DNA of 36,072 nucleotides, taken from positions 1 through 36,072 of the forward strand of contig JAEOTQ010000017.1 of the NCBI GenBank assembly GCA_016839785.1, written 5' to 3'. Every line of letters begins with the position of its first letter. Position 1 is the stretch's first letter. A program made the translations under genes and the position numbers. This document shows positions 19,145 through 28,155 of this stretch, one piece after another. The notes under the pieces are model-generated. The model saw only the letters and a list, made by a program, of their open reading frames with translations, ran no database searches and was not told where the DNA came from. Source of the DNA: Candidatus Hodarchaeota archaeon (GTDB taxonomy: Archaea; Asgardarchaeota; Heimdallarchaeia; Hodarchaeales; Hodarchaeaceae).

Positions 19145-19492
19145 ATGCAGACAATAACCATTATTCTTAATGATGCACCATATGGATCAGAAAGGTCCTA
19201 TAATGGATTAAGAACAGCTATAGCTTTACAAAAGGAAAAGGCTCTAGTTAACGTATTTTTGATAGCTGATTCTGTTTATTGCGCGTTAAAAGACCAATCA
19301 ACACCTGAAGGATATTATAATATTGGACGTATGATTCGGGGGGTAACTACATGAGGAAAAATTGGCTCATGTGGGGCATGTATGGATGCCAGAGGTCTAT
19401 CTAATGTTCAATTAATCGATGGGGTCCATAGAAGCTCAATGGCAGAATTAGCGAACTGGATCCTAGGCAATGATAAGGTTATTACTTTTTAG
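19145..19492 (+). pseudogene. DsrE/YchN-family protein interrupted by one in-frame TGA (19352-19354); pseudogene, readthrough or sequence error
   Basis: APYGSE..NGLR..A..L and FLIADSV in the first part. Past the TGA the frame reads GKIGSCGACMDARGLSNVQLIDGVHRSSMAELANWILGNDKVITF to TAG 19490-19492, a full 115-codon YchN-like gene. Confidence 0.85.
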
Positions 19493-19516
19493 AATAAGTT
19501 AGTAAGCTTTTCTGAG

Positions 19517-21889
19517 CTATGCACTCATATGTTCAGTGCGGTGAATAATTTCATTTTGTAATTCAACACCCAAGTTAATGAACAAGTCACTATACCCAGC
19601 TACTCTCACAATCAAGTTTCGATATTTGTCAGGATGCTTTTGTGCATCACGTAAAGTTTCTGCTGAAACCACATTAAATTGGATATGATGCCCGTCCATT
19701 TTGAAATAGGAGCGGACCAGATGGGCGACCTTTTCTAATGATTTCTCATCATCAAGGAATTTTGGAGAAAATTTCTGATTTAAAAGTGTTCCACCAGTTC
19801 TTTCATGATCTATTTTTGCTACAGATTTGATGACTGCTGTAGGCCCTTTGATATCCGCACCTTGAACGGGAGATACTCCCTCAGACAGAGGTTCATGTGC
19901 CAGTCGTCCATCAGGCAGGGCACCAATCATACGTCCAAAATAAACATGGACTGTAGTGGGAAGAAGATTTACTCGGTGTTGTCCACCCTTAGTATTGGGT
20001 CGACCATCAATTGCATTCCAATAGATTTCAAAAACCTGTTTCATTAAATCGTCCGCGTAATCGTCATCATTCCCATATTTGGGAGTTTTATTTAGTAAAA
20101 TCTCACGTAAGGGTTGAGAATCCTTGTAATTACTTTTTAAAGCATTTAATAAGTCTAACATAGTCATACTGTTGCTATCATATACATTGAATTTAATCGC
20201 TGCAAGACAGTCGGTAATTGTACCTAAACCTACCCCTTGAATATATGAACTATTGTACCGAGCTCCTCCATCATTATAATCTTTCCCAGTTTTGATACAA
20301 TCTTTCGTAAGAAGAGACATAAATGGAGCTGGTAAAGTTTGTGCCCATAATCTTTCAATTATGTTATTACCCTTGATTTTTATATCAATAAAGTAATTCA
20401 TCTGTTTGGTGAACGCTGTCAATAGTTCCTCGAAAGTTTTAAACTCAACTGGGTTACCTGTTGGCAAACCAAGCTGTTTCCCAGTATTAGGATCAATGCC
20501 ATTATTAAGAGTTATTTCAAAAACTTTTGGAATGTTAAAATAGCCTGTTAGAATGTAAGCTTCTTTACCAAACGCTCCAGCCTCTACACAACCCGAGGCT
20601 CCACCAGCTCGAGCATCAATGATGGATTTTCCTTGTCGAGTTAACTCCTGAATAATTGTATCCGTATTAAACACAGAAGGTTGACCATAGCCTGTTTTTA
20701 TAATATCCAACGCACGTTTCAGAAATCTATCAGGGGACTTCCTACTAATCTGTACCATTGAACTGGGTTGAAGTAATCGCATTTCTTCAATGACATCAAG
20801 TATAATATAAGACAATTCATTAACTGCGTTCGAACCGTCATTTTTTACCCCACCAATATTAATAAGACAGAAATCAGTGTATGTATTACTTTCTTCAGCC
20901 GTAACTCCTACCTTGGGAGGTGCAGGTTGATTATTAAATTTAATCCAAAAAGATTGAAGCAATTCCTTTGCTGAATCTTCAGTGTGTGCTCCCTTAGAAA
21001 TATCTTGGATAAATAATGAATATAAATTTTGATCCAGCCTTCCTGGGTTGAACGAATCCCATGTATTCAATTCTGTTATAACCCCAAGGTGAATAAACCA
21101 ATAATGTTGAAGAGCTTCCCACATATTAGTAGGAGCATTAGCTGGAACATTTTTACATATTTTTGCTATGGACTCTAATTCCATTTTCCTCTTTTGATCT
21201 TTTTCCTGTTTCGCCAAGTCAGAAGCTTCTTTTGAATATCGTCCTGCAAACAAGATGAGCGCTTCAGCTGCAATAGCCATCGCTCGTAGCTCTTCTTTCT
21301 TATTAAAAGCATCAGAGTCATTGAAAAAGTCGAGATTTTCGATACTGTTGTCAATCTCCTGTTGAAAATCACGCATTCCATAAGTCCATAGATGAGCTCC
21401 ACCCACTGTATGTCCAGGAGCTCGTTGTTCCATAAATTCAGTGAATACACCTGCATTATAGGAATCGATCCATTCCGAATCTACAGCAGCAAAAATTTTA
21501 TCTCTAATTGATCTTCCTTTCCAAAATGGTGTGATTAAATTCAATTGGAGGTTCTTAACTTCTTCATCCACAGTGAAACTTATTTTCTCTCTTGAATGAA
21601 GAATTTCAAAATCTTGAGGTGTATGAGTGCATATCTCTGGATAGGTGGGTGTGGCTGTTGGTTCAGGTCCTCGTTCTCCCACAATAAGTTCTCCCTCATT
21701 AATACATATTTTTTTATTTTCTAAAAGGTATTTAAATGCGAGAGTACGGGCAACTGGGATGGATACTCTATCTACTGCTCCACTTTGGTAAAATTCTGTA
21801 AGTAATTTAGCTCTTTCTATTGACAATGAAGGTTGAGCGTTCATACTCTGCTCACGAAGTCTTCTTATTCTTTCATTCACGTCATCCAC
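19517..21889 (-). CDS. hypD: Glycyl radical enzyme, trans-4-hydroxy-L-proline dehydratase type
   Basis: RVAGYS glycyl loop, SGCVE cysteine loop, and HypD-characteristic blocks TYPEIC, FTEFMEQRAPGHTV, FNNQPAPPKVG, TYTDF, LPTT. Confidence 0.9.
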   Translation of the reverse strand: MDDVNERIRRLREQSMNAQPSLSIERAKLLTEFYQSGAVDRVSIPVARTLAFKYLLENKKICINEGELIVGERGPEPTATPTYPEICTHTPQDFEILHSREKISFTVDEEVKNLQLNLITPFWKGRSIRDKIFAAVDSEWIDSYNAGVFTEFMEQRAPGHTVGGAHLWTYGMRDFQQEIDNSIENLDFFNDSDAFNKKEELRAMAIAAEALILFAGRYSKEASDLAKQEKDQKRKMELESIAKICKNVPANAPTNMWEALQHYWFIHLGVITELNTWDSFNPGRLDQNLYSLFIQDISKGAHTEDSAKELLQSFWIKFNNQPAPPKVGVTAEESNTYTDFCLINIGGVKNDGSNAVNELSYIILDVIEEMRLLQPSSMVQISRKSPDRFLKRALDIIKTGYGQPSVFNTDTIIQELTRQGKSIIDARAGGASGCVEAGAFGKEAYILTGYFNIPKVFEITLNNGIDPNTGKQLGLPTGNPVEFKTFEELLTAFTKQMNYFIDIKIKGNNIIERLWAQTLPAPFMSLLTKDCIKTGKDYNDGGARYNSSYIQGVGLGTITDCLAAIKFNVYDSNSMTMLDLLNALKSNYKDSQPLREILLNKTPKYGNDDDYADDLMKQVFEIYWNAIDGRPNTKGGQHRVNLLPTTVHVYFGRMIGALPDGRLAHEPLSEGVSPVQGADIKGPTAVIKSVAKIDHERTGGTLLNQKFSPKFLDDEKSLEKVAHLVRSYFKMDGHHIQFNVVSAETLRDAQKHPDKYRNLIVRVAGYSDLFINLGVELQNEIIHRTEHMSA

Positions 21890-22673
21890 CTACTTGAACG
21901 TCTAATCCATAAGTTTCAAGTTCGTTTTTAATATTATTTAGCTCTTTATCGGAAGGGGTCTTCAGTTGATTTGCAAATTTGTACGGACGATTGAGTCTTG
22001 GATATTTTCCTTCCCCTAAACGATTGTATGGTAAGATGTTGACATTCTTGATTGTCTGGAGATTTGTAGAAATAAAGGTACCAAGATCCTGTAAATTGGA
22101 TTTCGTATCTGTTACATTTGGAATAATCGGTATTCTAATTATCACCGACTCCTTCTCAGAGTCAAGATACTGAAGATTTTTCAAGATTGATTTGTTTGAT
22201 ACTCCTGTATATTTTCTATGTTTTTCATCATTTATAAACTTTAGATCATATAAGTACAGATCTAGTTTTCCTACCAATAGCTTAATTACTGCTAATGAAC
22301 TGAAACCCGTCGTATCGACCGTAGTACTAATTTTTTCCTTCTTACACTGCTTCAGAATTGCGTTTAGGAATTCTGGTTGCATCAAAGGTTCTCCTCCAGA
22401 TATAGTAATCCCCCCACCTGACTCATCATAGAAAATAATATCCTTTCTAATTTCTTCCATTAACTCTGAAAGTGTAATCGTCTTCCCAATTATTTCTATG
22501 TCTTCAGAACTGGGACGTAGAATAGGTTCAGGCTCCAGATTTTGACTTTCAGGGTTGTGACACCACCAACAATTGAGGGGGCAACCTTTAAAGAAAATTG
22601 TTGTTCGTATACCTGGTCCATCATGTACAGCAAATCGTTTAATATCAAATATTGTACCCGAATGGCTTTTCAT
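21882..22673 (-). CDS. Glycyl-radical enzyme activating enzyme (radical SAM), short form
   Basis: HDGPGIRT, GCPLNCWWCHNPE (CxxxCxxC), SGGEP. Overlaps the hypD start by 8 nt. No ferredoxin insert. Start is ATG 22673 or TTG 22679. Confidence 0.95.
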   Translation of the reverse strand: MKSHSGTIFDIKRFAVHDGPGIRTTIFFKGCPLNCWWCHNPESQNLEPEPILRPSSEDIEIIGKTITLSELMEEIRKDIIFYDESGGGITISGGEPLMQPEFLNAILKQCKKEKISTTVDTTGFSSLAVIKLLVGKLDLYLYDLKFINDEKHRKYTGVSNKSILKNLQYLDSEKESVIIRIPIIPNVTDTKSNLQDLGTFISTNLQTIKNVNILPYNRLGEGKYPRLNRPYKFANQLKTPSDKELNNIKNELETYGLDVQVGG

Positions 22674-22894
22674 GCTCAAGAAAACAACAAGCTGGAAGAA
22701 TAAAAATTATCTTGTGGCTCAAGTCAACAGAAAGATTCACTAAAACAAAGGCAACAGACGAAATTATTATTGTACATTTTAACAATGCCATATCGAGTAA
22801 TTTTAACGCTCATAGATATCCCAATCTGGGCCAGTAGAAGACAACTTCATCCAAATAAACTCCATTTGCTAGAGTACCTAAGATAATACGATTT

Positions 22895-22921
22895 AGGAGG
22901 GAAAAAAAAGAGGGAGGAGGG
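22895..22921 (-). terminator. Pyrimidine/T8 tract downstream of the 22935 gene
   Basis: 27-nt pure purine run on the plus strand, i.e. a C/T tract including T8 on the minus strand, 13 nt after the stop codon. Confidence 0.45.
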
Positions 22922-22934
22922 TGGATAAAGTCAT

Positions 22935-23411
22935 TTATTTTAAATACCCTTTATTGTTAAAATAGTATACTAGAAATCCCATAATAGGTCCCCAAATGAG
23001 GTGGCCTACTCCAGCTATCATGTTGATGAGAGAAAGATCAAATAAAGGATCACCATTCATCATTGGTATCATCATTAAGGGGCCAATCATGAAAACTAGT
23101 AATCCCCATATGATCCCAAATAAGAGTAGTCTATTTCTATTCTCTAATGGGAAATTACTTTTTAGGATTATGAGTAATATTCCAAATCCAATTCCTAGTA
23201 CTAGTGTACCCATTACAGAGTGGAACATTAGTCCCACCATGACGGGATCTAAACCAATATCATCCATCATACTTCCCATCATTTTGAGTATCCCGAACAT
23301 ATCTGGGGGATCCATAGCTAGTCCCTGTACTAGAAATGTAATAATATACAGAAAACCCGCCAATAAAGCTGATAATAATCCATAAACAAGAAATCGTAGT
23401 TTTTCTTCCAT
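22935..23411 (-). CDS. Small integral membrane protein (4 TM), unknown function
   Basis: Four hydrophobic segments with intramembrane His (LMFHS, VGHLIWG). Probable start MEEKL at 23411, preceded by GGTGA. Confidence 0.75.
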   Translation of the reverse strand: MEEKLRFLVYGLLSALLAGFLYIITFLVQGLAMDPPDMFGILKMMGSMMDDIGLDPVMVGLMFHSVMGTLVLGIGFGILLIILKSNFPLENRNRLLLFGIIWGLLVFMIGPLMMIPMMNGDPLFDLSLINMIAGVGHLIWGPIMGFLVYYFNNKGYLK

Positions 23412-23599
23412 ATTAGTCACCTTGATCAATATCACATGAATTTTCTTGTAATAATTTTTGCTTATATTGGCCATAAAATATGTTGATCATTTTATTTGCT
23501 ATACAAAGATCGTAAACATCTACGTTATGCGTAATGGGGGACTCTGATTTGAATAAAAAAAATTATGAGAAACGTAGATAGCCTCGTTATCATTCATGA

Positions 23600-24730
23600 C
23601 TATTTACGTTTACGAATCAGCAGAAGAGGGAAAAACCCAAGAAAAATTATGTGTATTGGAATTGGAGTTCGTTTGGAAGTCGTATCCGAAGAAGTACTAG
23701 ATGTTGTTGTATCATCATTGCTTTCTCCTGTTACAGAGAATGAATCTCCGAGTATGGTGGAATGCGCAGTTTCATTAAAAATATAGACATCTATGTCTGT
23801 AGTTATAACTCCAGCATTCTCTGTAACGCTTATATTACAATAATGAAACTCTGAAAAAAATACATCACTGTCCTGCCATTCAGAAGTATCGCCTTGTGTA
23901 TATAAGTCTGCACCAGCCCCTCCAGTTGTAACATACGTGATATCGTTTCTAACTGTTTTGTAATATTGATGATCATGCCCAGAAAGGGCTAAATCGACTC
24001 CATATTCCATGAAAATTGGATCAAGAACAGTTCGAACATCTTTTGCATCCTGAACCCGACCAGCATCTCTAACCGAATAGCAAGGACGATGAAAAACAGC
24101 GACAACAAATTCTAGAGTATTAATAGTGAGATCGTTAATCAACCAATCATACTGATCAGTAGTAATAGCAAATTCTCCAGTCCAATCTTCTTCAGTGTTA
24201 ATAAATACAAAATGGATTTGGTTCAAATAATTAAAGCTGTAATACCGTTCATTACCAGGTAATTCAACATTAGCTAAATAGGTAGAATAATCCTCATCGG
24301 CTGGACCATATTTTGTAGGGCTTAATGCGTAAGTATATTTTTCGTGATTGCCTACAGCATAGTAAAACGTAACATTTGCCTTTGTAGCGTTCTCAATATC
24401 TTCGTAATAACGATCCCAATCATCTTGTTCTCCACCAGAATTAACCAGATCTCCTGTATGAACTATAAACTCTGTATTTGGATTATTTTCCACGACAGAG
24501 GTAATTAATGCGGCACGTGTTGGGTTACTGCTGTTATCGTGAAAATATTTATTATTGTCATCATCCCAGTCTCCATGTTGTTGCCGACTATCACCCAATG
24601 CTATAAAGTGCCAAGAAGAAGATGAAGCACTTTTCGTATCTTCTCGGATATAACTAGTACCAGTTATGATCATTGGTGAGAGAAATAAAGTAAAAACCAG
24701 TAATGGCAAAACTATCATTGCTCTTTGCAT
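23600..24730 (-). CDS. Secreted calcineurin-like metallophosphoesterase (purple acid phosphatase-like) with C-terminal anchor
   Basis: LGDSR, TGDLV, VGNHE, FHRP, SGHDH. Signal peptide from MQRAM (24730). Ser/Thr linker, TM helix, RKRK. Confidence 0.9.
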   Translation of the reverse strand: MQRAMIVLPLLVFTLFLSPMIITGTSYIREDTKSASSSSWHFIALGDSRQQHGDWDDDNNKYFHDNSSNPTRAALITSVVENNPNTEFIVHTGDLVNSGGEQDDWDRYYEDIENATKANVTFYYAVGNHEKYTYALSPTKYGPADEDYSTYLANVELPGNERYYSFNYLNQIHFVFINTEEDWTGEFAITTDQYDWLINDLTINTLEFVVAVFHRPCYSVRDAGRVQDAKDVRTVLDPIFMEYGVDLALSGHDHQYYKTVRNDITYVTTGGAGADLYTQGDTSEWQDSDVFFSEFHYCNISVTENAGVITTDIDVYIFNETAHSTILGDSFSVTGESNDDTTTSSTSSDTTSKRTPIPIHIIFLGFFPLLLIRKRK

Positions 24731-24746
24731 TTTTAATCTTCCTATT

Positions 24747-26186
24747 TTAGATATTATCATAAATCTGACGAAAGTGTTCAATGGGTGGTGAGCTCATCTT
24801 TGGTAAAAGTGATTCATAAGGAGTTTTACTTATGCGTTCTTGAAATTCCTGTTTCGCTTTGGTAACTAATTCAGGATTAGTCATCAATTCTTCAGTTGCT
24901 TCAGCTAAAACCTTTGCAGCATAAAACATCCCTTTATGGCCTATGCTCATTCCACAGTGGGCGACCATCTGCCAAGAATGGCCAGGTGTTCCAAAAGTAC
25001 TACAGGCAGTAACAAATTGAGCTGTTGGAGTTACCCATGTGACATCACCAACATCAGTCGATCCTCCAAGGGTAATTCCTCGTCCAAATATTGGATAAAC
25101 AATATTATTCAGAGGATTTTCCCGAAATTGTTCTGTTAATTCTCGAATTTCTTGGGGATATATCGTGAGGGCATTATCAAAGTAATTCTCAGGAAAAGTG
25201 CTCCTAATTTCATTAGCAAACGCAATTTCTTCATCGGAATAGATAGGAGGTTTTACTTCAGTCATCTTCCTATGAAGAAGCTCCTCTAATGTTTCGTTGG
25301 GTAACATGTTGGATGCTCCTCCCAGTATCATTGGTTCAAGTGATGTTTCGGTCATCATGGCTGCACCATTCGCTACCTTGAGCACACGTCTATACAAATC
25401 ATTAACCTGCTCAAATCTTGGTGCTCGTACAAAGTACCAAACTTCTGCTTCTTCTGGAACGATATTTGGGGCTTTACCACCCTTTGTAATAATGTAGTGT
25501 AATCTAGCATCAGGAATAATATGTTCTCTTAGATAATTACAGCCAACATTCATTAATTCAACTGCATCAAGAGCGGATCTTCCATTAAATGGATCCCCAG
25601 CAGCATGAGCAGTCTGGCCTTGAAATTTAAATAAGACATCAATTATGGCTTGAAAATTGAAGCTAACAACACTATTTGCATCACTGGGATGCCATGTCAA
25701 AGAAATGTCGACATCGTCAAATAAACCTTCCTTCACCATCCACCCTTTTCCATTAGCATTCTCTTCAGCTGGACATCCATAGAATTTTATTGTTCCAGTT
25801 AATTCCTCATTTTTTATTTTTTCTTTAATTGCCAACACGGCGGTTAAGCAGGCAACTCCAAAAAGATTATGGCCACATCCGTGACCCGGCATATCTTTGT
25901 TAATTGGCTGTTTTCGAGGAATTTTATCCTGGCTAAGTCCAGGTAATGCATCATACTCTCCAAGTATTGCTATAATTGGTTTCCCAGAACCAAAAGTAGC
26001 AATAAATGCCGTTGGCATTGAGGCCACTTCTCGCTCAATCGTAAAACCTTCTATCTCCAAAATTTCCATAAGCAACTTTGATGACTCATATTCAAATAAT
26101 CCTAATTCAGCAAAGTTCCATATCTGATCGCTTAATTCTATGAATCTTGATTGATTATCATCTATCCATTCTATACATGAATTCAC
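24747..26186 (-). CDS. M20-family amidohydrolase (AbgB-like)
   Basis: GEYDAL, GHGCGHN, PAEE, RSALDAVEL, GSTDVGDV, PGHSWQ. Likely GTG start at 26186 after GAGAGG; the extension to 26324 overlaps the divergent gene. Confidence 0.92.
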   Translation of the reverse strand: MNSCIEWIDDNQSRFIELSDQIWNFAELGLFEYESSKLLMEILEIEGFTIEREVASMPTAFIATFGSGKPIIAILGEYDALPGLSQDKIPRKQPINKDMPGHGCGHNLFGVACLTAVLAIKEKIKNEELTGTIKFYGCPAEENANGKGWMVKEGLFDDVDISLTWHPSDANSVVSFNFQAIIDVLFKFQGQTAHAAGDPFNGRSALDAVELMNVGCNYLREHIIPDARLHYIITKGGKAPNIVPEEAEVWYFVRAPRFEQVNDLYRRVLKVANGAAMMTETSLEPMILGGASNMLPNETLEELLHRKMTEVKPPIYSDEEIAFANEIRSTFPENYFDNALTIYPQEIRELTEQFRENPLNNIVYPIFGRGITLGGSTDVGDVTWVTPTAQFVTACSTFGTPGHSWQMVAHCGMSIGHKGMFYAAKVLAEATEELMTNPELVTKAKQEFQERISKTPYESLLPKMSSPPIEHFRQIYDNI

Positions 26187-26313
26187 TTGCAATATCCTCT
26201 CACATGTTTTATTTGCTACTCTCAAAGAATTCAGTAAATTTTTGAATATTATTGAGCTGGCATTACTTTTATATTCAATTTTATTAATTCTCACTAATAA
26301 TTGTTGAGTTGAA

Positions 26314-27354
26314 ATGAGTGGCATAAATCCCCCTAAAAAAACATTAAAATGGTTATTAGAGGATGAAAATCCACCTGTTAGAAATTTAACACGAAAATTC
26401 CTATTAAATGAAGAATTAACAGAATTAGATCTTGTACAAGTTAATGATTATTCACCCATAAATACTATACTTTCATTAATAAAATCTAATGGTTCATGGG
26501 AAGATTCAAATGATCCTTATAAGAAATACACTGGAACCTACTGGCAATTAATATTTTTAAGTGATTTGTATGCCAATCCTATGGACAAACGCATCAATAA
26601 CGCCATTGAACATGTTTTTACCTATCAACTTGAAGATGGCACGTTCCCTCATTCTTTGAAAGTCAAATTTGGAATCCTTTGTTTAACTGCCAATTTACTC
26701 CGAAGCTGTATTCATTTTGGATTCGAAAATGATAAACGAGTACAGAAAGGGGTAAATTTCATCTCTGAAAGTATTATCGAAAATAACGGAGTAATATGTA
26801 ATCCTTTGTATTTATTACCGGATTGTCAAATGGCGCTCACGAAGATTCTGGCAATGTACGCCTCAATGAATAAACTAAAAAGGAATAAATTATCTCAAAA
26901 GGCCATTGATATAATAATTGATAAAATTACAGAGAATAAGATTCTCTCCTATGTCCCTGCAGGAGCTGCTAACTATTACAAGGCAATCAAAGGAAAAAAA
27001 GTAGCTGAAATCAAGGAAATCCAGAGAAAAATGAAGAAAGACCCTGAAAATGTCAAAAAGACTGATATAAAGAAGAGTTGGATGAAATTTGGATTTCCAA
27101 ACTCATATACTTCAGATGTATTAGAAACATTATATTGGCTTGCAATGATTGATCCACCTCCTCGGCCAGAATATCAGGATGCAATTAATCTTATTATTCA
27201 ACGTAAGGATCCCTCAGGATATTGGATAAATGAAAATATGTTTAGAAATCCTATGTTAGCTGAAATTGAACCGAAAAAAGCCCCTTCCAAATGGTTAACA
27301 TTTCGAGCTTCCTTTGTTCTCAAGACGTTTTGCAAAATTAATATTAAAGCATAG
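26314..27354 (+). CDS. Uncharacterised alpha/alpha-barrel protein (prenyltransferase/squalene-cyclase-repeat-like)
   Basis: QW-like repeats (KSNGSW, QLEDGTF, KDPSGYW), KYTGTYW, FGFPNSY..DVLE, PSKWLT. Confidence 0.65.
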   Translation: MSGINPPKKTLKWLLEDENPPVRNLTRKFLLNEELTELDLVQVNDYSPINTILSLIKSNGSWEDSNDPYKKYTGTYWQLIFLSDLYANPMDKRINNAIEHVFTYQLEDGTFPHSLKVKFGILCLTANLLRSCIHFGFENDKRVQKGVNFISESIIENNGVICNPLYLLPDCQMALTKILAMYASMNKLKRNKLSQKAIDIIIDKITENKILSYVPAGAANYYKAIKGKKVAEIKEIQRKMKKDPENVKKTDIKKSWMKFGFPNSYTSDVLETLYWLAMIDPPPRPEYQDAINLIIQRKDPSGYWINENMFRNPMLAEIEPKKAPSKWLTFRASFVLKTFCKINIKA

Positions 27355-27475
27355 ATTAATCCTTACTTTACGAAAATACAAGTAAAAAGGATGATACTAA
27401 GAATTGGAGGAAAAGAGAATTTCAGAGGTAAGTGGTTGCATCTATATCTCTGTAGAGAGCGAGGAGAGTGAGTGA

Positions 27476-27976
27476 TTAAAAATCATCCCAGTATAATGCT
27501 TTTCTAAGAAGCATATCGCCATGAGAAAAAGTATGTTGAATGGTTTTAGCTACCATCCAATGTGCTGAAACTTTTCCATGACCATAGTATACCAACTTAT
27601 TCTTATCCCAATCTCTAACATCTATGTTATTAATAGTCTCAATCTGCTTTTTCCTATTATTTAGAAAACGATTTATTAATTTTAAATTCCTTTCACATTC
27701 ATCCCACTCCCTCTCCTCCTCTTGTGAACTCTTGGGAAATGATGGAATTGGCCCTCCAATCCAGTGGTTTATACTAGGCAGCGCAAAAGTCTCTTCATAA
27801 TAGATAAGATGAAATAAGACTCTTAATGCCGACCATTCCCCAAAAAATGATTTCATAGAAACTGTACTATGGGGAGGAATTTCGATGAGTCGTTTTTCGG
27901 GAAAAAGGTCTATACTCCACTCAATGATTTGTGCTGTTTGATCAAGTTGGTTCGCAAGAAAAGCTTTGGTGTTCAT
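27476..27976 (-). CDS. DinB/YfiT-family protein
   Basis: EWSALRVLFHLIYYE and QHTFSH His pattern; 166 aa. Confidence 0.8.
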   Translation of the reverse strand: MNTKAFLANQLDQTAQIIEWSIDLFPEKRLIEIPPHSTVSMKSFFGEWSALRVLFHLIYYEETFALPSINHWIGGPIPSFPKSSQEEEREWDECERNLKLINRFLNNRKKQIETINNIDVRDWDKNKLVYYGHGKVSAHWMVAKTIQHTFSHGDMLLRKALYWDDF

Positions 27977-28155
27977 AATAGGAAGATTATATCACAAACA
28001 CTGTTTATAAGAAATCCCATCTGGTGAGTCCAAACACGAAAAGCTAGTAGCAATGACAAATATTTATTTCTATTAGGCACGAAGATCATATTAAACAGAA
28101 TATATTGGTAAAATACACAAATTTGATAAATAAAAAAGTAATAGGAAAGGTAGAT

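Noticed and set aside
19352-19516. Canonical selenoprotein call for the DsrE gene
   Set aside because: The TGA does not align with either Cys of CxxC, and no SECIS-like element is evident in the 24-nt gap downstream. Kept only as a low-probability option.
26187-26324. Long N-terminal extensions given by the ORF track (also 3576, 23474, 24781, 28105, 29287)
   Set aside because: The extensions are AT-rich, lack family similarity and some overlap neighbouring genes; downstream starts fit better.
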